Positions 24,425 to 32,798 of a stretch of DNA of 37,897 bases are shown here, one piece after another. The first letter of the stretch is position 1; each line of letters begins with the position of its first letter. Where the stretch lies: the NCBI GenBank assembly GCA_040902755.1, contig JBBDWS010000097.1:47120-85016 (forward strand), written 5' to 3'. The stretch comes from Actinomycetota bacterium. Its GTDB lineage: Bacteria > Actinomycetota > UBA4738 > HRBIN12. Position numbers and translations under genes: made by a program. The notes beneath the pieces are model-generated. The model was not told the DNA's origin and did not search any database. It saw nothing but the letters and a program-made list of their open reading frames with translations.

Positions 24425-25707
24425 ACCAAGAGATGATCGCGGCGCTGCGGGAGCTCGAGCGCGAGAAGGGCATCGCATTCGAGACGATCCTGGCTGGACT
24501 GGAGGAGGCGATGGCCTCCGCCTACAAGTCGTGGTGGAAGCAGCAGCATCCCGATCTGGACGAGGAGGCCTTCGGGGTCCGCGCGAAGATCGATCCCGAG
24601 TCGGGAGATCTCCGCGTTTGGGTCCAGCAGCTCGAGGAGATCGAGCACGAGGGCGACGACGGCGAGGTGACGACCGAGAAGAAGGTCCTCTCCGAGGAGG
24701 AGGTCGGGGTCACCGACGAGTTCAAGGGGCGCATCGGCGCGCAGACGGCCAAGCAAGTGATCTTCCAGAAGCTGCGCGACGCCGAGCGCGAGATGACCTA
24801 CGAGGAGTTCGCGGGGCGCGAGGGCGACATCGTCACCGGCATCGTCCAGCAGTCCGAGCGCCGGTACACGCTGCTCGACCTCGGCAAGGTGGAAGCGCTC
24901 TTGCCGCAGGCGGAGCAGGTGCCGTCCGAGCCCTACCGCAACGGTGAGCGCCTCAAGGCGTACATCACCGAGGTCCGCAAAGGCACGAAGGGGCCCCAGA
25001 TCGTCGTCTCCCGCACGCATCCGGGCCTGCTGAAGAAGCTGTTCGAGCTTGAGGTCCCCGAGATCGAGGAGGGCATCGTCGAGATCAAGGCGGTGGCCCG
25101 CGAGCCGGGGCACCGCTCGAAGATCGCGGTCTCCTCGAACGAGCCGGCGGTCGATCCCGTCGGTGCGTGCGTGGGCCCGAAGGGCTCCCGGGTGCGCAAC
25201 GTCGTGACCGAGCTGCGTGGAGAGAAGATCGACGTGGTGCCGTGGAGCGCCGACGCGTCCGCGCTCGTCGCCAACGCGTTGCAGCCCGCGAAGGTGAAGG
25301 AGGCCCGCGTCGATCCCGAGACGCAGACGGCCCTCGTCATCGTGCCCGACTACCAGCTCTCGCTGGCCATCGGCAAGGAGGGCCAGAACGCCCGGCTCGC
25401 TGCGCGACTGACGGGATGGAGGATCGACATCAAGAGCGAGACTCAGTTCGCCGACGAGCAGCGCGCGCCCAAGCCCGCGCCGGTTGCCCCGGCCGCCGAG
25501 CCTCCGGAGGAGGCGCCGGCAGCGGCCGAGGAGGCGCCGGCAGCGGCCGAGGAGGCGCCGGCAGCGGCGGAGGAAGCCCCCGACGTCGTATCCGTCGACG
25601 AGTCCGTTTCGGTGCCGGCGGCCGAGGCCGATGGCGCGGCCGAAGCCGCTTCGGCCGACGGGACCGCTGCGGTCGAAGAGACAGCCGAGGAGCCGGCGGA
25701 GGCCTGA
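24421..25707 (+). CDS. nusA: Transcription termination/antitermination factor NusA
   Basis: ATG 24421 overlaps the rimP stop (ATGA). It has an N-terminal domain, an S1 domain and two KH domains (GPKGSRVRNVVTEL, AIGKEGQNARLAARLTGWRIDI). The acidic A/E/P-rich tail contains a 21-bp tandem repeat. Confidence 0.93.
   Translation: MNQEMIAALRELEREKGIAFETILAGLEEAMASAYKSWWKQQHPDLDEEAFGVRAKIDPESGDLRVWVQQLEEIEHEGDDGEVTTEKKVLSEEEVGVTDEFKGRIGAQTAKQVIFQKLRDAEREMTYEEFAGREGDIVTGIVQQSERRYTLLDLGKVEALLPQAEQVPSEPYRNGERLKAYITEVRKGTKGPQIVVSRTHPGLLKKLFELEVPEIEEGIVEIKAVAREPGHRSKIAVSSNEPAVDPVGACVGPKGSRVRNVVTELRGEKIDVVPWSADASALVANALQPAKVKEARVDPETQTALVIVPDYQLSLAIGKEGQNARLAARLTGWRIDIKSETQFADEQRAPKPAPVAPAAEPPEEAPAAAEEAPAAAEEAPAAAEEAPDVVSVDESVSVPAAEADGAAEAASADGTAAVEETAEEPAEA
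25507..25569 (+). repeat. 21-bp tandem repeat x3 inside the nusA tail
   Basis: gaggaggcgccggcagcggcc occurs three times, with a C-to-G change in the last base of copy 3. It encodes (EEAPAAA)3. Confidence 0.9.
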
Positions 25708-25710
25708 ACC

Positions 25711-25989
25711 GTGCGCGACCCGCACGAGCCCGAGCGCACGTGCGTCGGATGCCGGGGCAAGGCCCCGAAGCGATCGCTCCTCCGACTGGCGGTCGACTCG
25801 GACGGGAGGGTCGCGGTGGATCCGACCGGGCGGCAGCCGGGCCGCGGGGCGTATCTGCATCGCGACCGCTCGTGTGTGGACGCGGCGTTGGCGCACGGCG
25901 CGCTCGTTCGGGCGCTCGGGGCAGGGGCGGCACCACCCGACCCAGCCGCTAGGCTTAGGCAGGAGATCGAAGGGGAGTTGCACGCGTGA
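25711..25989 (+). CDS. ylxR: YlxR/DUF448-family RNA-binding protein
   Basis: RTCVGCRGKAPKRSLLRL...GRGAYLH motif. It occupies the canonical position between nusA and infB. Confidence 0.85.
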   Translation: MRDPHEPERTCVGCRGKAPKRSLLRLAVDSDGRVAVDPTGRQPGRGAYLHRDRSCVDAALAHGALVRALGAGAAPPDPAARLRQEIEGELHA

Positions 25990-28154
25990 GGGTTCACGAA
26001 CTGGCGAAGGAGCTCGGCGTCACGAGCAAGGAGCTGCTCGAGGCGTTGAAGGAGATGGGCGCGGACGGTCTCACCGCGTCTTCCTCCGTGCCCGACCAGG
26101 CCGTTCCCCGACTCCGCGCATCGGGTGGCAAGGCGGTTCCCGAGGCCAAGATGAAAGAGGCCGTCGAGGAGCCGACGCCGAAGGCGCGTCCTCGGAAGAA
26201 GGCCGCGGTGAAGGCGGATGCCTCCGCGCCCGGCCCGCCGGGGGCGGCGTCGACGGCATCGTCCGTGCTCCCCGGCGCCGTGGGCGTCGACGAGCCCCCG
26301 GCGGCTCCGGGCGCTCCGGCTGCCGCCGCTACGGCTCCCGCTGCCGCCGCGGCTCCAGCGGCGGCTCCAGCTCAGACTGCCGTGGCTGTTGCGGAGCCTG
26401 AGGGGCCGGTCCTGCCTGTGCTCAAGGTGGCGCGGGGTGCGACGGCACAGGACATCGGCGACAAGACGGGGCGAAGCGCGGCCGACGTCGTGAAGGTCCT
26501 CTTCTCGCACGGCGAGATGGCGACCGCGACACAGTCCCTCTCGGACGAGGCGATCTCGCTCCTCGCCGGTGAGCTCGGCTACGAGGCCGAGATCGTCGGA
26601 TTCGAGGAGGAGGAGGCCGAGGAGGAGGTCGACGAGAGCCGGCTGGTTAACCGCGCCCCCGTCGTGACGATCATGGGGCACGTCGACCACGGCAAGACGC
26701 TGCTGCTGGACGCCATCCGTCGTACCGACGTGGTGTCGCAGGAGTTCGGCGGCATCACGCAGCACATCGGTGCCTACCAGGTGCACACGAACGGCCGCGA
26801 GGTCACGTTCATCGACACTCCCGGACACGAGGCTTTCACGGCGATGCGAGCCCGGGGAGCGAAGGTGACCGACATCGCGGTCCTCGTCGTGGCGGCCGAC
26901 GACGGGGTCAAGCCGCAAACGGTCGAGGCGCTCGACCACGCCAAGGCGGCGGGGGTTCCGATCGTCGTGGCCGTCAACAAGATCGACAAGCCCGAATCCG
27001 ATCCCGCCCGCGTGCGCCAGCAGCTCGTGGAGCAAGGGATCGTCCCCGCCGAGTGGGGTGGAACCCACGAGTTTGTCGACGTCTCCGCGAAGGCCCGCAC
27101 GAACCTCGAGGGACTCCTCGAGACCATCCTCCTCGTCGCCGACGTCGAGGAGCTGAAGGGGGACCCCGAGGGGCGCGCCCGAGGGGCCGTGCTCGAGGCG
27201 CATCTCGACAAGGGACGCGGCCCCGTCGCGACCGTCTTGGTGCAACGGGGCACGATGGAAGTGGGCGACACGGTCGTGTCCGGGACGTCGTGGGCGAAGA
27301 TCCGCGCGATGCTGGACGAGAACGGCCTTCCCGTGAAGCAGGCAGGTCCGAGCAAGCCCGTGCAGATCCTCGGATGGTCGGCGACCCCGAACGCGGGGGA
27401 GGAGGTCCGCGGGGTCGAGGACGACCGTGCGGCGCGTCACCTGACGCAGGAGCGCGAGGCGAAGGTCCGCGCGGCCGAGCAGGTCTCGGCGCGCCCGCCG
27501 ACGCTTCCGGAGCTCATGGCGCAGGCCCGTTTCGACGCCGTGCCCGAGCTCAACCTGATCGTGAAGGCAGACGTGCAGGGCTCGATCGGAGCGCTCAAGG
27601 ACGCGTTCGCGAAGCTCCCGTCGGACGAGGTCCGCGTGAATGTGCTCCACAGCGCCGCCGGCGCCATCACTCAGAGCGACATCGCGCTCGCCCTCACGTC
27701 CAACGCGATCGTGCTCGGCTTCAACGTGCGGCCCGATGTTCAGGCGCGAGAGCTCGCCGAGAAGGAGGGCGTCGACGTCCGTCTGTACCGCGTGATCTAC
27801 GACGCGATCGACGACATCCGGGCTGCGCTCTCGGGCATGCTCGCTCCGGAACAGCAGGAGTCGGAGCTCGGTGCCGCGGAGGTCCGGGCGCTGTTCCGGG
27901 TTCCGAAGATGGGCGTCATCGCCGGGTGTTACGTCACCCGCGGCACGATCGCGCGGAATTCTCGGGCCCGGGTCGTACGCGACGGCGTCGTCGCGTACGA
28001 CGGCCGGATCGGGTCGCTCCGCCGCTTCAAGGACGACGTTCGGGAGGTCTCGGAGGGCTTCGAGTGCGGCATCGGGATCGAGAACTTCAACGACCTGAAG
28101 GAAGGTGACGTCATCGAGGCGTACGAGGTCCGCGAGGTTGCCCGCGAGCTGTAG
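25986..28154 (+). CDS. infB: Translation initiation factor IF-2
   Basis: GTG 25986 overlaps the ylxR stop (GTGA). The N-terminus is MRVHELAKELGV, and the G domain carries GHVDHGKT, DTPGH and NKID. The C-terminal domains are conserved. Confidence 0.94.
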   Translation: MRVHELAKELGVTSKELLEALKEMGADGLTASSSVPDQAVPRLRASGGKAVPEAKMKEAVEEPTPKARPRKKAAVKADASAPGPPGAASTASSVLPGAVGVDEPPAAPGAPAAAATAPAAAAAPAAAPAQTAVAVAEPEGPVLPVLKVARGATAQDIGDKTGRSAADVVKVLFSHGEMATATQSLSDEAISLLAGELGYEAEIVGFEEEEAEEEVDESRLVNRAPVVTIMGHVDHGKTLLLDAIRRTDVVSQEFGGITQHIGAYQVHTNGREVTFIDTPGHEAFTAMRARGAKVTDIAVLVVAADDGVKPQTVEALDHAKAAGVPIVVAVNKIDKPESDPARVRQQLVEQGIVPAEWGGTHEFVDVSAKARTNLEGLLETILLVADVEELKGDPEGRARGAVLEAHLDKGRGPVATVLVQRGTMEVGDTVVSGTSWAKIRAMLDENGLPVKQAGPSKPVQILGWSATPNAGEEVRGVEDDRAARHLTQEREAKVRAAEQVSARPPTLPELMAQARFDAVPELNLIVKADVQGSIGALKDAFAKLPSDEVRVNVLHSAAGAITQSDIALALTSNAIVLGFNVRPDVQARELAEKEGVDVRLYRVIYDAIDDIRAALSGMLAPEQQESELGAAEVRALFRVPKMGVIAGCYVTRGTIARNSRARVVRDGVVAYDGRIGSLRRFKDDVREVSEGFECGIGIENFNDLKEGDVIEAYEVREVAREL

Positions 28155-28163
28155 GCGGCCGAG

Positions 28164-28457
28164 ATGCTCGTCGCGCTCGAGCGGTTCGATCTCCGGATCC
28201 CCGGCTGCGGGTCGTTGAAGGAGAAGCGTCACGTCGTGAAGACGCTCACGAACGCGATCCGCGCGAAGTTCAACGTTTCGGTCGCCGAGGTCGACCACCA
28301 CGAGCTGTGGCAGCGGACGGCGCTCGCGGTCGCGGTGGCGGCGGGCGAGGGGTACCACGCGAAGCGCGTCCTGCACGAGGTCGAGCAGCTCGTCGAGCGC
28401 TGGGGCGAGGTCGATCTGATCGCAGCGGAAGTGTCGCTGCACTATCCGGAGGACTGA
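28164..28457 (+). CDS. DUF503 (YlxP-like) protein
   Basis: 97 aa with DLRIPGCGSLKEKRHVVKTL. It lies in the conserved slot between infB and rbfA. Confidence 0.8.
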   Translation: MLVALERFDLRIPGCGSLKEKRHVVKTLTNAIRAKFNVSVAEVDHHELWQRTALAVAVAAGEGYHAKRVLHEVEQLVERWGEVDLIAAEVSLHYPED

Positions 28458-28461
28458 GTCG

Positions 28462-28863
28462 ATGCCAGAAGGCGCCCGGCCGATCCGCGTCTCGGAGGAG
28501 TTCCGGGAGATCCTCGCCGAGGAGATCCCGCGGCTGAAGGATCCGCGGGTCGGATTCGTAACGGTGATCGGCGTGAAGGTGACGCCCGATCTCCGGCGCG
28601 CCCGCGTGTTCTACAGCACGCTGGGCGACGAGCGCGAGCGGAGATCGACGGCCGCCGCCCTGCGCTCGGCGCGAGGGCACCTTCGCAAGCTGATCGCGCA
28701 TCAGGTCCGCATGAAGGTGCTGCCCGACCTGGAGTTCGAAGAAGACGAGACGCTGCAGAGCGTGGAGCGGATCGAGGAGCTGCTCCGCCGTGTGCGCGAG
28801 GGCTCAAGCAGCGAAGCGGTAGCCCACGAGCGGGGATCGAACGCCGAAGCGGAGGAGGAATGA
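28462..28863 (+). CDS. rbfA: Ribosome-binding factor A
   Basis: RVSEEFREILAEEIPRLKDPRVGFVTVIGVKVTPDLRRARVFYS is typical RbfA. Confidence 0.9.
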   Translation: MPEGARPIRVSEEFREILAEEIPRLKDPRVGFVTVIGVKVTPDLRRARVFYSTLGDERERRSTAAALRSARGHLRKLIAHQVRMKVLPDLEFEEDETLQSVERIEELLRRVREGSSSEAVAHERGSNAEAEEE

Positions 28864-29846
28864 TGAAGGACATGCTGGGGCGGGCCGCCGCGGCGCTCGA
28901 GGAGGCCTCGACGGTTGCCCTCGCGGGTCACGTCAACCCCGACGCCGACGCGCTGGGCTCCATGCTGGGCCTCTCGAACTTCCTGCGCGCGAGAGGGAAA
29001 CAGACGATCTGCTCGTTCCCCAACGAGCCCTTCGAGCTCCCCCGTTGGGCGTCGGTCCTGCCGGGTCACGAGACGCTCGTTCCACCGCGGGAGTTCCCGA
29101 AGGAGCCTGGCGTGATGGTGACGTGCGATGTCGCGTCGCTGGACCGCCTCGCCATGCTGGCGCCCGTCGCTGGCAAGGCGAACACGCTCATCTGGATCGA
29201 TCACCACGTCAGCAACGAAGGCCTCGGCACGATCCCGCTGATCGACCCGCAGGCGAGCTCGACGTGCGAGGTCGTCTGGCGTCTCTTGAAGGAGATGGGC
29301 GGCGAGATCCCCGTCGAGACGGCGACGTGTCTGTACGCAGGGCTCGTGACCGACACGGGCCGGTTCCAATACCAGGCAGTGACCCCGGAGACGCTCCGTC
29401 TCGGAGCCGAGCTGCGGACGTTCCCGTTCGACCACACCTGGCTCGTCCAGGCGCTGTACGAGGACGGCTCCATCCCGTACCTGAAGGTCCTCGGCGTGGC
29501 GCTCGAGCGCGTCACCCTCGAACCCGACGCCGACCTGATCTGGACCTACCTCACCCAGGCCGACCTCGCGGAGGCGGGGGTCGATACGACCGAGACGGAC
29601 GATCTGATCGACGTCGTCCGCACGGCGCGGGAGGCGGACGTCGCCGCGGTCATCAAGCAGCAGCGCGACGGCCGCTTCAAGGTGAGTCTGCGCTCGAAGG
29701 GCGGACACGACGTCGCGTCGGTCGCCTCCGGGTTCGGGGGCGGCGGCCACCGGCTCGCCTCCGGGTACACGTCGAAGCACGGGCTTTCCGAGACCGTGGA
29801 GCGGCTGAAGGCGGCCGTGACGGGAGCGAGCGCGGACGACGGGTAG
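28860..29846 (+). CDS. nrnA: DHH/DHHA1 phosphoesterase (NrnA-like oligoribonuclease/pAp phosphatase)
   Basis: AGHVNPDADALGS, IDHHVSN (DHH) and GGGGHRLASG (DHHA1) motifs. The start overlaps the rbfA stop (ATGA). Confidence 0.85.
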   Translation: MMKDMLGRAAAALEEASTVALAGHVNPDADALGSMLGLSNFLRARGKQTICSFPNEPFELPRWASVLPGHETLVPPREFPKEPGVMVTCDVASLDRLAMLAPVAGKANTLIWIDHHVSNEGLGTIPLIDPQASSTCEVVWRLLKEMGGEIPVETATCLYAGLVTDTGRFQYQAVTPETLRLGAELRTFPFDHTWLVQALYEDGSIPYLKVLGVALERVTLEPDADLIWTYLTQADLAEAGVDTTETDDLIDVVRTAREADVAAVIKQQRDGRFKVSLRSKGGHDVASVASGFGGGGHRLASGYTSKHGLSETVERLKAAVTGASADDG

Positions 29847-29855
29847 CCTGCGGGC

Positions 29856-30704
29856 ATGCCGCGCGGGCCCGAAGGGCTGCTCCTCCTCGACAAGCCGATG
29901 GGGATGACGTCGCACGACCTCGTCGACGCCGTGCGACGCACCCTCGGGACGCGGAAGGTCGGGCACGCGGGAACGCTCGATCCGATGGCGACCGGTCTGT
30001 TGCTCGTCGGCGCCGGACGCGCGACCCGGCTCCTGCGTTTCTTCGGCGATCTCCCGAAGGTCTACGAGGGCACCGCACGCCTCGGTGTCGAAACCGACAC
30101 GCTGGACGCGGACGGGACCGTCGTTCGCTCGAGCGACGTGGACGTATCCCTCGCGCAGGTCGAGGGGGCCGTCGCCGCGCTGGTCGGCGAGTCGATGCAA
30201 CGTCCGCCGGCGTACTCCGCCGTCAAGGTCGGGGGGCGCAAGCTGTACGAGGCCGCCCGGGCGGGCGAGACGGTCGAGGCCCCGCCCCGCCGCATCCGGG
30301 TGGACGCGTTCGAGGTCCGCTCGTTCGACGGACGCGATGTGGAGTTCGGCGTGACCTGCTCGGGCGGAACTTACGTCCGCGTCCTCGCCGCCGACGTGGG
30401 CACGGCGCTCGGCTGTGGTGCCCACCTCACGCGCTTGCGGCGCACCGCGATCGGGCCGTACCGCGTCGAGGACGCCGAGGAGCCCGGAGGCATCACTCCA
30501 CCCCGGCCCGTGGAGGCCGCCGTGGCCCATCTCCCACGCGTCGACATCTCCGGCGAGGAGGCGAACGCCGCGTCGAACGGCAGCATCCTCGGTCCGGCCG
30601 GTCTGGCGGGGCCGTACGCGGTTTTCGGACCGGGTGACCGACTGATCGGGATCTACCGGGACGACGGCGCGAAGGCTCGCCCCGAAGTCGTCCTTGCTTC
30701 CTGA
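29856..30704 (+). CDS. truB: tRNA pseudouridine-55 synthase
   Basis: LLLLDKPMGMTSHDLV and GHAGTLDPMATGLL (catalytic Asp) motifs. Confidence 0.92.
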   Translation: MPRGPEGLLLLDKPMGMTSHDLVDAVRRTLGTRKVGHAGTLDPMATGLLLVGAGRATRLLRFFGDLPKVYEGTARLGVETDTLDADGTVVRSSDVDVSLAQVEGAVAALVGESMQRPPAYSAVKVGGRKLYEAARAGETVEAPPRRIRVDAFEVRSFDGRDVEFGVTCSGGTYVRVLAADVGTALGCGAHLTRLRRTAIGPYRVEDAEEPGGITPPRPVEAAVAHLPRVDISGEEANAASNGSILGPAGLAGPYAVFGPGDRLIGIYRDDGAKARPEVVLAS

Positions 30705-30723
30705 GTCGATACCCTGCGACGAG

Positions 30724-31668
30724 ATGGAACGGCGGACGGGGCTCGATGCGATCCCGCTCGAGCACGAGGGCACGGTCGCCACGGTCGGCTTCTTCGACGG
30801 CGTCCATCTCGGGCACCGCAACGTGCTGGCGGCGACGGTGGCCGCCGCGCGGGAACGCGGCGTTCCGGCCGTCGCCGTCACGTTCGACCGGCATCCGCGC
30901 GAGGTCCTCACGCCGGGCAGAGAGCCGAGGCTCCTTACTACCGTCGAACGCAAGAGCCGGCTGATCGAGGAGACGGGGATCGATGTGCTCCTCGTCCTCG
31001 AGTTCACCGAGGAGTTCTCGCGCTGGCCGGCCGAGCGGTTCGTCGGCGACGTCCTTCGCAACGGACTGCATGCCGTCCACTGCGTCATGGGCGCCAACTT
31101 CACGTTCGGGCATCGCGCCCGCGGCAACGTCGAGATGCTCATCTCCGAGGGAAGCCGCCACGGTTTCACGGCGGAGCGGGTCGAGCTCGTCCAGCTCGAC
31201 GGGCGCGTGGTGTCCTCCTCGTCGATCCGCGAGGCGCTGTCGCAGGGTGACCTCGGATGGCCCGACCGGGCGCTGGGGCGCCGCTTCGTCCTCGACGGAG
31301 CGGTCGTCGAGGGTGCGGGCCGGGGGCGTGTCCTCGGATACCCCACGGCCAACCTGGAGACGTGGCCGCGACTCCTCTTGCCCGGACAAGGCGTGTACGC
31401 GGGCCGCGCAGAGGTCGACGGTCGAACCCACGTCGCCGCGATCGACGTCGGCACGAACCCCACGTTCGGCACCGAGCCACTGCACGTCGAGTCCTACCTG
31501 TTGGACTTCGAAGGCGATCTCGTTGGACGGGAGATGGCGGTGGAGTTCTGGGCGTACCTGCGCCCCGAGATCAGGTTCGACTCCCCGGAAGAGCTCGTGG
31601 AGGCGATCGATCGGGACGTTCGTCATACCCGCGAGCTCGTGGACCCCGTGCGAGGATCGGAGCCATGA
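30724..31668 (+). CDS. ribF: Bifunctional riboflavin kinase / FMN adenylyltransferase
   Basis: GFFDGVHLGHRNVL in the FAD synthetase domain and GRGRVLGYPTANL...E in the riboflavin kinase domain. The track start TTG 30694 overlaps truB, so I prefer ATG 30724. Confidence 0.9.
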   Translation: MERRTGLDAIPLEHEGTVATVGFFDGVHLGHRNVLAATVAAARERGVPAVAVTFDRHPREVLTPGREPRLLTTVERKSRLIEETGIDVLLVLEFTEEFSRWPAERFVGDVLRNGLHAVHCVMGANFTFGHRARGNVEMLISEGSRHGFTAERVELVQLDGRVVSSSSIREALSQGDLGWPDRALGRRFVLDGAVVEGAGRGRVLGYPTANLETWPRLLLPGQGVYAGRAEVDGRTHVAAIDVGTNPTFGTEPLHVESYLLDFEGDLVGREMAVEFWAYLRPEIRFDSPEELVEAIDRDVRHTRELVDPVRGSEP

Positions 31669-32771
31669 CCCCTCGCCACGCCCGCCGATCCCGCCTCGCC
31701 TTCACGGCCCTGATGGTCGTCGTAGCGGTGGTGGCGGCCGGAGCATTCGCGTGGGCGACGACGAGAGACGAGGGTGGGAGCGACGGGGAAGGGGGCGCGG
31801 CCGCGGAGGGCGCCAGGGGCTCGTCGACGCCGACGAGCGCACCGAGCACCAGCGCCCCCGTCGACGGTTCCCCTGGCGCCGCAGCGGCCGCGCCCCCCAC
31901 GCCGAGCCCCCGGCCGTCGCGCGAGAAGATCGTGATCCACGGGACCGGCGACGTGAGCCTTGACCCCGGATACATCGCCGCGTTCCGTTCCAACGGTTAC
32001 GGGTGGGCCTGGAGCGGCCTGGACGGGCTCTTCCGCGACGACGACCTGAGCGTGATCAACCTCGAATGCCCCTCGACCGACATCGTCGCACCGATCCCGA
32101 AGACGTTCAGCTTCCGCTGCGATCCCGCCGCGTTGCCGGTCGCGAAGCGGTTCGGGGTCGATGTGGCGAACCTGGCGAACAACCACGGATACGACCAGGG
32201 GCCGGACGCGCTGCTCGATTCGATCCGCAACGTCGAGCGGGCCGGCCTCGTCGCCGTCGGCGCCGGTGAGGATGCCGAGGAGGCGGACGCGCCGCGCTAC
32301 GTCGAGGTGAAGGGGTGGAGGATCGGCATCGTCGGCGTGGGCGAGGTGCTCGACCCGATCGACCAGGTCGCGACGAGGGACAAGCCGGGGACGTCGGTCG
32401 GTCACGACTTCCCCCGCGCCCTGCGGGCGATCCGCGAGGCCGAGGCGAACGCCGACCTCGTCGTCGTCGTGATCCACTGGGGCGTCGAGCTCGACACGCA
32501 GCCGCGGGACTATCAGGTCGACGAGGCACACCGCATGATCGACGCCGGCGCCGACATGATCTTCGGGCATCACGCGCACCGGCTCCAGCCGATGGACATG
32601 TACGAGGGACGACCGATCTTCTACGGGCTCGGGAACTTCGTCTGGCCGAACTTCTCCGTCGCCGGCTCCACCACCGCCGTGGCCGAGGTCGTCGTCCTCC
32701 CGAACGGGGAGATCCGAGGGCGCCTCCTCCCGGCCTTCATCGAGTCGCCGGGTCACCCGGTGCTTCGCTGA
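31665..32771 (+). CDS. CapA-family (PGA_cap metallophosphatase-like) membrane-anchored protein
   Basis: ATG 31665 overlaps the ribF stop (ATGA). There is an N-terminal TM (LAFTALMVVVAVVAAGAFAWA), then NLECP, NLANNHGYDQG, IHWGVE, GHHAHRLQP and GLGNFVW. The track ORF 31257..32771 is over-extended. Confidence 0.8.
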   Translation: MTPRHARRSRLAFTALMVVVAVVAAGAFAWATTRDEGGSDGEGGAAAEGARGSSTPTSAPSTSAPVDGSPGAAAAAPPTPSPRPSREKIVIHGTGDVSLDPGYIAAFRSNGYGWAWSGLDGLFRDDDLSVINLECPSTDIVAPIPKTFSFRCDPAALPVAKRFGVDVANLANNHGYDQGPDALLDSIRNVERAGLVAVGAGEDAEEADAPRYVEVKGWRIGIVGVGEVLDPIDQVATRDKPGTSVGHDFPRALRAIREAEANADLVVVVIHWGVELDTQPRDYQVDEAHRMIDAGADMIFGHHAHRLQPMDMYEGRPIFYGLGNFVWPNFSVAGSTTAVAEVVVLPNGEIRGRLLPAFIESPGHPVLR

Positions 32772-32798
32772 ACCCCGCACGAACCCGCGCATGGGGCC

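Noticed and set aside
25443-28442. 999-aa minus-strand ORF, the longest ORF in the track
   Set aside because: It is exactly antisense to infB and ylxR. The composition is R/G/D/L/P-rich with no motifs, whereas the + strand encodes an unmistakable IF-2. This is a typical high-GC shadow ORF.
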